Positions 1 through 10,933 of a stretch of 58,236 nucleotides of DNA are shown piece by piece. Origin of the DNA: Rhizaria sp. SCN 62-66 (taxonomy: Eukaryota); contig MEDY01000180.1 of NCBI GenBank assembly GCA_001724265.1, positions 1 through 58,236 on the forward strand, given 5' to 3'. The number at the start of each line of letters is the position of its first letter. The stretch's first letter is position 1. A program made the position numbers and the translations under genes. Below the pieces are notes generated by a model. That model had not been told where the DNA came from, searched no databases, and saw only the letters and a program-made list of their open reading frames with translations.

Positions 1-1930
1 CCCCCGCCGCTGACGCCCGCCGCCGCGGCCGCCGCCGCCGCCGTGGCCGCGACCGCCGCGGCGGCGATGACGGCCGCGGGCGCGGGCGGCGGGGCCGAGG
101 CGCCCGCGGGTGGAAGCAGCGGGGACGTGAGGAACACGCGCGGCGACGGCGGCAGCGTCGCAGCGATGCGCGCGTCGTCCTCCTCCTCGTCGTCCTCATC
201 TTCGTTCTCACTAGCGTTGCCGATGTTGTCGGGGCTCAGCGCGTCGGCGTCGGCGTTGCTCTGCTTCCGCGCTCTGCCCTGCTGCTCGTCGAGCTCCTTG
301 TTGTGCGCGTCGGCCGTCGACGCGTCGTTGGCCTCAAACCGCACCACCGCAGCCAGCGCGCGCGCCGCGGGGCCGCCCGCGAGCGCAGCGCCCGCCGCGG
401 CCGACAGCGGCAGCCGGAAGGGCCCCGTGAGGAAGCCGTCCCTCGCGCCGGCGCCGGCCCCGCCGCCGCCGCCGCCGAGCGCGCCCGCGGCGGCCCCGGT
501 GTTGGCCCCGGCGCTGGCGCCAGAGCCGGTGAGTGCGAGCGAACGCAGCAGCGCGGCGGCGACGGACACGGGCGCGGGCGCGTGGGCCGCGAGCGTGGCG
601 CTGGTGTTGCCGAACCACAGCCGGTCAGACGGGGACGGCGCAGGCGGGTCGACCAGCACCACGGGCACCGCCGGGGACGCGTCCGGGGGCGGGGGGAGCT
701 CGTAGCCCGTCTCGGGGTCGTATTGGCGCACCTGCGATGCGAGAACAACAAAGTATATACAGTGAGATAATATCGGTGAGATCTGCATTATTTGAGATGA
801 AACAATCAATCTAATATAAAAGTCAAAATTCAACATTATGGAAGAGATTTACTGTTGATATAAAAATATCTAGGGGCATCTCAGGGTATTTTTGTTCATT
901 GGTAGATGCGATTAGAACGTACGCGCTTGCGAGGCTTCTCGGGCGCCCAGGGCGGGGTGAAGGCGGCATTGCGGTCGAGAAAGGCCGGGAACGCGGCGTG
1001 CGAGGGCTGCGAGAGGTCATACAGACGCAAAATGTCGGCTTGCGGGACACCGGCCCACAACAGGCTATATAGTTGGCGCAGCAAGCAGAATGATATAAAA
1101 AATATTAGATAGAGAAGTGTAGGCGTCATTTGCGGGAGAGGATCAGGGTCCAGCAGAGCCAAACTTTCATGAAAGAGATATATAGAAAGAAAGATATACA
1201 ATATAAACAACACTCACAGGTGAGCGCGATAAATGGCTGTTTCTTAGACGTACCGCGAGTTGTGCGTGAGCGCCGCGGGTCGGAGGGTGGGAAACGACGC
1301 CGACAGCGACGACACCAGGTAGCGCACGGTCAAAAACGCGGTGCGGTCAACCGAGAGGAAGCGAAAGCCCATAGCGTCGACGATGTAGGGCAGGTGCGCG
1401 AGGTCGAGCGTGGGGAGGAAGTACCCCATGAGCAAGGAGAGGCGGTGGCGCAGGCCGGTGGAGCCCTCGCGCGCCAGCACGCGCGTCAGCGGGCCGCAAA
1501 AGGTGCGGAAGCTGTGGTAAAAGCGCCGCAGGATCGATTGCAGCACCGTGTTGTCGAAGATGTGATCTAGGTTGTCGTCGGGCGGCGGCGGCGGCGCGCG
1601 CGCGGACTTCGCGCTCGCACTGCCGCTGGCGGCCACGCTCTCTTTCGGCGGGTTCTTGAGCGCCATAGCGATGTAAAAGTCGGGCTCGGCAAGGTAAAAC
1701 ACAAAGCGGTGTTTTTCTGTGTATAGAGCCTCGGCGGGCACGCGCTTGGCAAAGGAGAGCGAGAAGGCGAGCAGCGCCTCTGAGATGCCCACATAGTCCT
1801 TCTGCAGGTTGATGTCGGCGTCGGGGTAAAAGGCCAGGATCTTCTCGCCCTCGGTGTCCTCATGGCCCAGCGACGGGTTGAAGACAAAGAAGCCGGCCAG
1901 GTGCGCCGCGAGCTTCTTTGCGGTTGACAT
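1..1930 (-). CDS. CCZ1: Vacuolar fusion protein CCZ1 homolog (Mon1-Ccz1 GEF subunit); 3' end runs off the window. Exons 1930-1254, 1064-923, 731-<1
   Basis: N-terminal longin-like FFVFNPSLGHEDTEGEKILAFYP...VGISEALLAFS...LYTEKHRFVFYLAEPDFYIAM. Spliced exon 2 reads RLLWAGVPQADILRLY, a CCZ1-type motif. Two GTACGT..AG introns (1253-1065, 922-732) keep the frame. Confidence 0.85.
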
Positions 1931-2370
1931 CGGCGAGCGGGGCGCGGCGGGAACGCGGCGGGAGGGAGACGAGCGTGGAGTGGGGGCGAGCGGCTTGGGA
2001 GAAACGCGCGGGACTGGTCGGGCTGAAGGGACAACTGTTGTAGAGACAACAACAAATTAAAGATGAGTCATTTTAGAGTCTTGAAGTCAATTGCATAAAG
2101 TAACAGTGCGGTTGACGTTGAGACCGTAGCGGTATTTGATCTGCAAGTTGGGTATCTTCGCGCACGTCATCGTCGTCGGCCTCTCGCTGTCGCCACTCGT
2201 GCTCCTTTGAGTTTGACAGTAAAAGTCAACAAACCAAGTTATAAAACACACAAATTAGGGTTTGCAGAGGTATAATTAAGAGATGTTATGTATCCATAAG
2301 CTTTAAACGTTTTAAAATGATTTACGTCGTATTAGATTTTGTTTCATTGAGATATGCTTCCGTTAGTACT

Positions 2371-5300
2371 TTACTTCTTCATGAACATTTTACGGAAATA
2401 ATCATTGTCCTTGGCAACAGTGCCCGTCTCCGCCGCCGCCTGCGCAGGGTCCTCGTCGCTCATGCCCTGCTGTCCGCCAGTCTGCGCTGCGCTCGCGCCA
2501 GCCGCAGCACGATTCTCAATCTTAACGCCAGTGGCAGGGACTGCGTCAGCGCCAGTGACAGTTGCAGTCGCCGTCGCGGTAGTCTTGGGCAGCGTTAAGG
2601 GCAACAGACGGGGACGCATGCTCAGCGCACCCGCGCCAGCGGTAGAAACCCGCGGGCCCGCGGCCGCACCGGTGACGCTGGACGGACGCAGCGCGAGAGC
2701 GCCAGTGTTGTTGGCGTTCATGCTCGAGGGACGCAGCGCCAGAGCGCCACTGGTAGCGGGGGCAGCGCTGGCGCTGGCACTAGAGGGACGCAGAGCCAGC
2801 GCGCCACTGCTCGCGGCAGCGCTCGCGGTCGCTTTGACAGGAGGGACGGCGTTGGCGTCGGCGCGAGTTTTATTGTTGTAGCGACCGCCCTTGTGGCCAT
2901 GAGCAGATGAGTGGCTGTGGGCGTCACCAGTGCCACTCTTGCCTGGGGTCGCCGCCGTCGCCGCCGTCGCAGTCGTCGTCGTCGTCGCGGCAGCAGCAGC
3001 AGCAGGCGTCACCTTGTTCTCAGCCACCTTGATGACCGCGCTCACAGTCACCCCTCCACTTTGCGCGTCTTCTCCGCCCTGCGCGCCGCCGCCCTCGCCG
3101 CCCACAGTCACCGAGAGCACCTTCTTGTTGAGCCGGGCCACGGCGGCGGTGCAGGCCTCGATGCTGGCGTACTGCACGTAGGCGAAGGGCTTCGGCAGGC
3201 CAGTGTCGCGCTCGCGGCCGAGGCGCACCGACGTGACGGCGCCCACGGTCCCGAACAGCGCGTGGAGGGACTTAAGTAAGGCCGCGTACGCAGCGTCAGC
3301 AGCGGGGGACGACGAGTGCGCAGGAGCAGCAACTGCACTCGCAGCGCCAGCGCTTGCGGGAGCAGAGCTGTTGTAGTCAGGAGGCAGGGAGAACGTGGGC
3401 AGGCGCGAGACGAAGACCGTGAGCTGCGCGGCAGTCGGCGCCCTGGCAGCAGGCGCAGCACCAGTCGCATTCGTGTGAGCAGAAGCAGGGGCAGAAGCAG
3501 GGGCAGGAGCAGGAGCTGCGGGAGTGATGCTGCTGTTGTCACCATCACTCATCACGGCTGCGCCAGACTCAGCGTCAACCGCACTCGCACTCTCGCTGGC
3601 GCTGGCACTGGACTCAGCGCGACTCCTATTGTTACCCTCAGTGCTGCTCTCCTCTGCAGTCGCCGGCACAGGCCCATCCCAGGTCACCGCGGCGGGATCC
3701 GCGAGTGCAACCTTGAGCCCGCGGCGGCCCATCACGAACCCGTCCATGGCGGTCACCGCGGCGGGCACGTCCTCGGCGCGCTCCAGCACAACCCAGCCGA
3801 CGCCGCGGCCGGGGGCCACGCGCGCGGACGCCACCGGCACGCCGCAGTTGCGCGCAAAGGCCGTTTTGAGCGCCGCGACCGAGGTCGAGTAGGGCAGGTT
3901 CAGCACAAAGAGCGTGCGCGGGGCCGCGGAGGTAGAAGCCGCGGCGGCGCGGCGCTGGCGGCGGGCCTGCTCCCGCGCCTTGCGGCCGGCGCCGGGGGCG
4001 GCGTCGGAGCCGTCATCGCTGTGTTCGCTGCCGTCGTCAGCATCGTCGTCCGCTTCGCGATGAGCTTGGTGTTTCACGGTCACGGAGGCCGTCGAGCGCG
4101 GCAGAGGCAGCGTGACTTCGCTGTCGTCAGCACTCTTCGCGTCAGCGCTAGTGCAAGCGTCGGTGTTGCTGCCGCTGCGGTGGTCGAGCGGCTTGCGGTC
4201 AGCGGCGAGCTCACGGTCGCTCGCACTCGGTTCATGCGGCCGCTTGCGCTGGTTCTGATTGCCTTGCCCAGTCGCCGCAGCCGCAGTCGTGACAGAAGAG
4301 GAGCTCTCGGCAGCGTTCGCGGTGCGAGACGCCTTGCTCCTGTCATCGCCAATGCTGTTGTAAGCATTCTTGCCCTGCTGCTGCGCTTTGCCCTTGCCGT
4401 CCTTGTCCTTTGCGCCACCCTTGTCGTTGCTGTTGTTGTTGCTGTTGTTGCTGTTGCTGCTGTTGCTGCTGTTGCGAACACCACCCTTGCCACGCTCCTG
4501 TTTCTGCTCCCGTTGCTGCTGCTTGCCCTTGCCCTGTCCGCGCTCCTGACCGTGGCCGTGAGCAGAGTGACCGTGAGCACTAGAGTGACCGTGGGCGCCG
4601 CTACCGCGCTGCCCGTGACCCTGCAACTGCAGTTGCGACTGGGTCAGCGTAAGCTTGCGCTGGTCGTACGCCTGCAGCTGCGCCCGCGCGCCCGCCGCAG
4701 CGACGGCCGCGGCAGCCGCGCGCCGGGCCCTGTGCGCCAGCTCAATCGCACCCGCCGCCCTCGCGCCGAGGCTGCTGCTGCGGGCGCAGAGCCCCGAGAG
4801 CGCACCGACCGCGGCGGCGACTAGAGGCCCGCCCATCGCGCCCGCGTTCACGCCCATGCTGCTCGCGCTCGCGCTTCCACTCGCACCGCCGCTCGCACCC
4901 GCAGCGGCGCTGGCACTGGCCGCAAGGGGGGCGGGGCACGCCCAGGGCAGGGCCACGGGAGGGAGCTGCGACAGAGCGGCGCGGCCGGCGGCGAAGCCTT
5001 GGAGAGCGGCGCGCGCGCGGGCCGCGGGTGGGGCGCTGGCGAGCGCGAGCGCGATGTCCGCGACCGAGGCTGGCGACACAACGACACCAGTCAGGGTTGC
5101 GGATGCAGCTGTTGCTGTGCTGGCAGGAGCGGAGGCGGACGCGGGGAGGAGCGCGAGGGCCGCGAGCGTGGGGGCCGCGAGCGCGAGACTCGTCTCCAGA
5201 CCGTCGCAGACCGTGGGGCCGGCGTGGTCGCTGAAGCCTGCGCTCAGAGCGGGGGCAGAAGCGGTGGTGTTGTTGACGGCGATACAGACGAGGGCGTTGG

Positions 5301-8300
5301 CGACGTCGACGAACACGTCGCTCTGCTCCAACTCCTGCTCCTGCTCTTGATGCAGCATCGCTTCACGGGCGGCTCGCGACGTCGGCGTAGGGTGTGGCCA
5401 ACGTGTGTACACACGGGCCACAGGGCACACCGCAATGCAAGCACTCGCGCCGTTGCTGCCGGTCGCCGACAAATGCGGCCTCCTGCCACGGGCTGTGGCG
5501 GCGCTGGCGAGCCTGTCGTGGAACCCCTCCCAGCGGCCGGCCTCCGCCGCCGCGGCCTCAGCGGCCTCGGACTCACCGCTGGCGACGGCGGCGCGGTCCT
5601 CCTCGGTCAGCGTGCGCAACCATGCCACTACAGCGCTGCCGCCGGGGTCCGCGGCGGCGTCGGGCTCCGGCAGCGGCTCCCCGGCCTCGGTCGCTGCGGC
5701 CTCGGCCTCAAGCCAGTCGCGGCAGAAGGCGTGGCGCGCGGCGACGGCGCCGAGGGCGGCGGCGACGGCCTCGGCGGCGGCGGCGGAGGCGGCGGCGGAG
5801 TCCGCGGCGTACTCGCGCGCCCACACCGCGCGGCGCAGCGCGCAGGCCTGGGCGGAGGCGAAGGCGCGGTGCAGCTCGCGCAGCAGCTGGTGCTGCCTCT
5901 GCGGAGTCGAGCCGTGGAGGCCGCCGTTGCGGCGGTCCACGAGCGCGCTCGCGATCGCAGTCAGGCCGCCGTCAGCGAGCGCGAGCGGGAGCGCGCCCGA
6001 GGCGACGAGCGGCAAGTGCGGCGCCGTGGCCGAAGCTGCGTCCGCGACAAGCAGGGCAGTCTCAGCAGCACTGAGAGACGCGGGAGATGAGGAAGGTAAG
6101 GAGCCTCGCTGTGCGGTGGCCGCGGAGGCGGGTGGCGCGTTGAAGTCGGGCCAGGACACGGCGGCGCAGTCCGCGAGGCGCGCGTGGGAGCCCGAGCGCT
6201 CGTGCGCGCGCGCGGCGGTGCGCGGCCGCAGCCACAGCGCTGCTAGCACGGGACTCGCGGCTAGGAGAGCGGCGGTCACAGGGGGGGCGGCAGCGCTGCT
6301 GCTGCTGCTGCTGCTGTGGCTGCTTGTGCTAGGGGCGTTGCTGCGGGTGTAAGTGCTCCAGTCGGGGTCTAAGGGGGGCAGCCAGGCCTGTCCGAGGCTG
6401 GGCGACGACCAGGGACCGGCGAGGCCGAGGCCGCAGTCGTTGCTGGCGTTGACCGGCCAAGCGACGGCAGACCCGCCGCCGCCGCCGAACGCGAGCAGAG
6501 GGGCAAAGCAGAGCGGCAGCAGGCGCAGCGCCGAGTCTGACAGCGCCGCCGCGGGCGCACGCGAGAGAAAGTGGCCCTGCGCGGCCTGCGCCCGCATCAA
6601 CGGACTGTGGGCCGCCATGGCGCGGGTCAGCAGCAGCACGACGCGCGCGCCGAGGCTCTCTGGCGTCACAACCTCGTCACCCGCGTTCGTGGGTGCGGCG
6701 CCAAGTTGCTGCTGCTGCTCGAAGGCGCCGAGATAAGGCCCCAGCGCGGCTACGACTTCGCCCTCGTCGAGCGCTGCAACTGCGGTAAGGGCGTGCAGCG
6801 CGACAAGGAACAGTAAAGCGTGATCGAGGCTGAAACGCACGCTGTTCACAGTCACTTCGGTCACACCACCAGCAGGGCCAGCACCAGCAACAGCAGTAGC
6901 AGCGACAGGAACAGAGTGAGCGACATCACTGGCAGCGCTGCCGTTCGCCACCGCGACCGCGTCAATGCCGGTGGCGGCGGCGCACGCTGCGCGCAGTGCC
7001 TCCAGTCCAACGAGCGCGCTCCCACATGCACCCGCGCCAGCCAGCGGCGCCGTCTGCGGCGTCGCGGACAGCGCGGTGTGCACGAGCGCCAGCACGGCGT
7101 CGCTGACGGCGCGCTTCACGGGGCGACCGATGCTGAGCGGCGAAAAGGACGTGGTGCCCGCGGCCACGGCAGACACGGCGGCCGCGAGTGCGGCAGCCGC
7201 CACGGCCGGGGCAGGGTGCAGCAGACAAGCCGCGACGGCGGCGTCGGTGACACTGCCGCCCACCGAGGCGAGACTGCCGCCCGCTGCGTCAGAGAGGCTG
7301 CCGTTTAAGGCCAGCACGCTGTTCACGGTCACCTCGGTGCGCGGCATAGACAAGGATCCACTCGCAGCCGGCGGCTTGCTCACGGTCACTTCGCTCACGG
7401 TCACTTTGCTCACAGTCAGCGCCGTGTGCAGCCACTGCGACGCGACCTCGGGACACGCCCAGTGTGCACCGCTGGCGCTACCGCTGTCGCTGCCGGTGTT
7501 GGCGGCCGCTGCGGCCCAGAGACGGGCCTCGGAGCTCCAGCGCGGCGAGTGACTGTGCGCAGGGCTTGTGGCGGCGGCGAGAGTGGCGAGGCGGGCACTC
7601 AGGCGCAGGCCGGAGCGGGGGCGGCGGCACGCGTCGGAGCAGGCACTAACACTTGACGTACTTAGACTGTGGGCATTAGCGTCGGTGACGGGGAAGAGGA
7701 ACAGGAGCGCGCGCGGCGTCGGCGGCAACAATGCAAGCACGTCACTGTCTTCCTCAGCCTCATTGGCAGCTGCTGTCGCACTGACCTTGCCATCATCCTC
7801 ATCGTCGTCGTCGCTGTCACTGGCTTCAGCCCCGTGAGCGTCATCGTCATCGTCGTCAGCCATCTGGCTCTTGCGCGCAGCAGCAGCAGCAGTCGCCGCC
7901 TCAGCGCTGCTCGCAGCCGCAGCGGCAGCGGCGGCCGCAGCAGCAGCGGCAGCGTCCGCGTCTGCCTCCGCCTCGACGGCCTCGGTGGCGGCCTCTGTCG
8001 CAGCGGTTTCGAGCCGCGCCCAGCGCCTAAGAGCCAGTCCCAGCTCGCTGCGCCGCTGCAGGACGCCGGCCTCCGCGCTCGCCACGGCGGAGCCGGCGGC
8101 GGCGAAGTCAGCAGCGTCGCTATCCTTATTCTTTTGATGATGCTGCTGCTGCTGCTGCTGTGTTTGCTGCAGATGCGCAAGTGCCTGCTCATGCTGCTGC
8201 TGCGCGCCCGCTAAATCAGCCGCCGCGACGGACACGGCGGCCTCCGCGCGGCCGCGCGCGCCGGCCAAGACAAGCGTCGCCGCGGCGGCGCGCTTCTCGC

Positions 8301-10401
8301 CCTCGCCAAATGTGGCGTTGAAGAGCGTGCGCCGCAGGTTGACATACTGCGAGAGCGCGCGCGCGTGGCCCGCCGCGCCGCCGCCCACGCTCAGCCGCGC
8401 CAGGCACGCGCGCAGCAAGTTTAGCCGCTGGGCGCGGAGCACAGCAAGGCGCGCGCGCGCGCGGCGGGATAACACAGCGGCGGGCGAGAGAGTCAACAGC
8501 GTCGTGCTTTGCGCTCCGAGCGGCAAAGAGCGGAGCAGCAGAGCGGCCTTGTTACTGTCACTAGCACTCGCGCTCGCACTGCTGCTGCTGCTGTCAACGG
8601 CTTCGGCGACCGCGGCGGTGTCTTCCTCGGCGGCGGACACGAGGGTCTCAAGCGTGCGGCGCTCATACAGCAGCCAGAGGTCCCAGAGAGCGCCAGCCGC
8701 TGCGGCACTGGCCGAGACAGTCGCGGAGTCGCCGTCCGCTGCCGCAGAGGAACTGCTGCTGCTGCTGGCGCCGCCAACGCTCGCGTTGCCGCCAGAGCCA
8801 AAGCCACAGGGAGGGAGAGACAGACAGAGGGAGGCGAGCACCGAGCGCAGCTGACCGGGGGAGAGGCCCAGCAAGGGCGGCGGAGCGCTGTCTGCGTCCA
8901 CAGTGGCGTTTTCACTCGCGATATCGGGGTATGCAGAGACTGCCGGAGACCATTCGTGGCACTGTTGTTGCTCGTCGCCGTCGCTGCCCGTGCTGCTGCT
9001 GGTGTTGTTGTTAGCGTGGTAATGGAAAGGAATGCCGAGCGACTGAGCCACGGCCGCCGCAGCCTCCAGGCCGGCGTTCGCCGCGCCGTGGCCACCATTC
9101 GCGCTTGCACTGCACGCGCGCGCCGCTGCAGCCACCTCAGCAGCCTCGTCCTCGGCCGCCTCGTCCTCGGCTGCCGCGAGCGCCGCGGCGGCGTCGTGGC
9201 GCGCCTCCCACGAGCGCCATGCCTCGGCGGTCACTGCGACTGGCACGGGCACGGGCACAGGCGCGGAGGCCGAATCAGAGTCAGCGTTGGCATTGGCATT
9301 GCGGCTGTCGTTAACGTCGTTGCTGCTGTTCTTGTGAGCACTGTTGTTCTTGGCATTTTTGCCCTTGCTGTCGGTGGCCTGGCTCGCGCTGCTGTTGGCG
9401 CTAGAGCTGGCGTTGTGGGGGCTCGGATGCAGCAACGCGTGCGCCATCGCGGTGTTAAACAGCCGGCGCGGCTTGACTTCGACCACGTGTTCCGCCTCAA
9501 ACGCGGCCCACGCGGCCGCCACGGCTACGTCGCCGGGCCACGCGCGGCGGGCGCGCGCGAACACGGCGCGCACGCGCGCGAAGGCGCCGGCCACGGCCGC
9601 GGGATCGCCCTGCGCAGTGACCGTGAGCAGCAGCGCTGAGAGCACGGCGGCCTCGTCGCGCGCCCAGTCCACGTAGCAGCGCGCGGGCAGCGCCGCGGCG
9701 AGTGCCGGGGACGAGGTGAGCGACAGGCGCAGCGCGCGCAGCAGCCAGCGGGCGCGACTCAGCGCGCGCGACGGCACCAGCGGCGGCGGCGCAGGGGCCG
9801 CAGTCGTAGTCTCAGCGTCAATGTCAGCGTCAGTTGCGCGGGCAGCACCTGCGGCTGCGGCTGACTCGGCCTCGGTCGCGGCGGCAACGGCGTCGGTGGC
9901 GGCAGACAGCAGCGCAGCCGCGGTGTCCACAGCGCTCTGACCATTATTATTATTGTTATTGTTGTTGTGATTGTTAACAGCTGAGCGGGACTGGGTGGGC
10001 AGCGGCAGCAGCGCGGCAACGGCGGCCAGCAGCGCGCGGTAGTGCCCGCGCGCGGCCGTCGCGAAGACCGCTGCGTCGCCCTGCTCGGCCTTGACGGGCG
10101 GCGCAGTCGGCGGCAGACCTGGGAGGCCGCTGATGAGGCGGGCGAGGGCCGTTGCGCCCGCGGAAGCCGCGCCCAGGGGCTGCAGCGCCGCTAGCGCTGC
10201 GCGCAGGGGTTCACTATTGCTGCTGTCGTCACCATCATCGCTGTCAGAGTCGGAGTCGGAGTCGGAGGGCGAACTGGAGTCGGAATCGCTGCCGCTGCTG
10301 CTGTTGCTGTCCGAGCTGCTGTGACTTCCGTGGACGGGGTCGAGGAGGATGGCGGCGTCATCCTCCATCGTGAAGCCGCCGTCGGCGGGCGTCGCGTCCA
10401 T
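2371..10401 (-). CDS. SART3: SART3/Prp24-like U4/U6 snRNP recycling factor, single exon, about 2676 aa, heavily expanded by low-complexity inserts
   Basis: Two C-terminal RRMs (TLFVLNLPY...GVGWVVL; TVFVSRLP...KPFAYVQY), terminal Lsm-interaction-like motif KDNDYFRKMFMKK, and HAT-like helical remnants (YVDWARDE, AWAAFEAE, LWDLWLLYE). First ATG is at 10401; stop is TAA. Confidence 0.8.
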   Translation of the reverse strand: MDATPADGGFTMEDDAAILLDPVHGSHSSSDSNSSSGSDSDSSSPSDSDSDSDSDDGDDSSNSEPLRAALAALQPLGAASAGATALARLISGLPGLPPTAPPVKAEQGDAAVFATAARGHYRALLAAVAALLPLPTQSRSAVNNHNNNNNNNNGQSAVDTAAALLSAATDAVAAATEAESAAAAGAARATDADIDAETTTAAPAPPPLVPSRALSRARWLLRALRLSLTSSPALAAALPARCYVDWARDEAAVLSALLLTVTAQGDPAAVAGAFARVRAVFARARRAWPGDVAVAAAWAAFEAEHVVEVKPRRLFNTAMAHALLHPSPHNASSSANSSASQATDSKGKNAKNNSAHKNSSNDVNDSRNANANADSDSASAPVPVPVPVAVTAEAWRSWEARHDAAAALAAAEDEAAEDEAAEVAAAARACSASANGGHGAANAGLEAAAAVAQSLGIPFHYHANNNTSSSTGSDGDEQQQCHEWSPAVSAYPDIASENATVDADSAPPPLLGLSPGQLRSVLASLCLSLPPCGFGSGGNASVGGASSSSSSSAAADGDSATVSASAAAAGALWDLWLLYERRTLETLVSAAEEDTAAVAEAVDSSSSSASASASDSNKAALLLRSLPLGAQSTTLLTLSPAAVLSRRARARLAVLRAQRLNLLRACLARLSVGGGAAGHARALSQYVNLRRTLFNATFGEGEKRAAAATLVLAGARGRAEAAVSVAAADLAGAQQQHEQALAHLQQTQQQQQQHHQKNKDSDAADFAAAGSAVASAEAGVLQRRSELGLALRRWARLETAATEAATEAVEAEADADAAAAAAAAAAAAAASSAEAATAAAAARKSQMADDDDDDAHGAEASDSDDDDEDDGKVSATAAANEAEEDSDVLALLPPTPRALLFLFPVTDANAHSLSTSSVSACSDACRRPRSGLRLSARLATLAAATSPAHSHSPRWSSEARLWAAAAANTGSDSGSASGAHWACPEVASQWLHTALTVSKVTVSEVTVSKPPAASGSLSMPRTEVTVNSVLALNGSLSDAAGGSLASVGGSVTDAAVAACLLHPAPAVAAAALAAAVSAVAAGTTSFSPLSIGRPVKRAVSDAVLALVHTALSATPQTAPLAGAGACGSALVGLEALRAACAAATGIDAVAVANGSAASDVAHSVPVAATAVAGAGPAGGVTEVTVNSVRFSLDHALLFLVALHALTAVAALDEGEVVAALGPYLGAFEQQQQLGAAPTNAGDEVVTPESLGARVVLLLTRAMAAHSPLMRAQAAQGHFLSRAPAAALSDSALRLLPLCFAPLLAFGGGGGSAVAWPVNASNDCGLGLAGPWSSPSLGQAWLPPLDPDWSTYTRSNAPSTSSHSSSSSSSAAAPPVTAALLAASPVLAALWLRPRTAARAHERSGSHARLADCAAVSWPDFNAPPASAATAQRGSLPSSSPASLSAAETALLVADAASATAPHLPLVASGALPLALADGGLTAIASALVDRRNGGLHGSTPQRQHQLLRELHRAFASAQACALRRAVWAREYAADSAAASAAAAEAVAAALGAVAARHAFCRDWLEAEAAATEAGEPLPEPDAAADPGGSAVVAWLRTLTEEDRAAVASGESEAAEAAAAEAGRWEGFHDRLASAATARGRRPHLSATGSNGASACIAVCPVARVYTRWPHPTPTSRAAREAMLHQEQEQELEQSDVFVDVANALVCIAVNNTTASAPALSAGFSDHAGPTVCDGLETSLALAAPTLAALALLPASASAPASTATAASATLTGVVVSPASVADIALALASAPPAARARAALQGFAAGRAALSQLPPVALPWACPAPLAASASAAAGASGGASGSASASSMGVNAGAMGGPLVAAAVGALSGLCARSSSLGARAAGAIELAHRARRAAAAAVAAAGARAQLQAYDQRKLTLTQSQLQLQGHGQRGSGAHGHSSAHGHSAHGHGQERGQGKGKQQQREQKQERGKGGVRNSSNSSNSNNSNNNSNDKGGAKDKDGKGKAQQQGKNAYNSIGDDRSKASRTANAAESSSSVTTAAAATGQGNQNQRKRPHEPSASDRELAADRKPLDHRSGSNTDACTSADAKSADDSEVTLPLPRSTASVTVKHQAHREADDDADDGSEHSDDGSDAAPGAGRKAREQARRQRRAAAASTSAAPRTLFVLNLPYSTSVAALKTAFARNCGVPVASARVAPGRGVGWVVLERAEDVPAAVTAMDGFVMGRRGLKVALADPAAVTWDGPVPATAEESSTEGNNRSRAESSASASESASAVDAESGAAVMSDGDNSSITPAAPAPAPASAPASAHTNATGAAPAARAPTAAQLTVFVSRLPTFSLPPDYNSSAPASAGAASAVAAPAHSSSPAADAAYAALLKSLHALFGTVGAVTSVRLGRERDTGLPKPFAYVQYASIEACTAAVARLNKKVLSVTVGGEGGGAQGGEDAQSGGVTVSAVIKVAENKVTPAAAAAATTTTTATAATAATPGKSGTGDAHSHSSAHGHKGGRYNNKTRADANAVPPVKATASAAASSGALALRPSSASASAAPATSGALALRPSSMNANNTGALALRPSSVTGAAAGPRVSTAGAGALSMRPRLLPLTLPKTTATATATVTGADAVPATGVKIENRAAAGASAAQTGGQQGMSDEDPAQAAAETGTVAKDNDYFRKMFMKK

Positions 10402-10933
10402 TGCGGAAGCGTGTGTGGCCGTGAGTACGAACCGAGGAGGAAGAGCTTGGGGACTGTTGCGAGGTGGGGCGGAACACGGCGCGCTCAACGGATCGAGCTG
10501 TCTGAGTGGTGTTATGAAAAGAAGAGATACAGAGAGTAGTCAAAGAGATCCATGCGTGTTATTTAAATGACAAATACAATGCAACTATTGAAAACAAATC
10601 AATCTAATTTGATTATGATTGACGATAGATGTAGTCTGGATTGAAGATATCCCGATCGCGGTCCTGAATGCCCAAGCTTTTCCACGACTTGTGGCCCATA
10701 TACTTTCAACACTAGAATCTCACATTTTCAATCGTCACTGCGACTGATAGCAATTTGATATGTTTTGCGCGTCTTAGATGTTTGTCATATCTTTCTTATA
10801 TCTTCATATCATTCGTTTGTGTCTCCGTATACTTCTCCCTCGACCCACAGCCCAGCTTTAAGCAACTCCAAGCAAGCTTCACTTTGCTTCCGGCAGACCG
10901 ACAGCAGCGGACACTGGCTCTTGCTCTCTCGCC

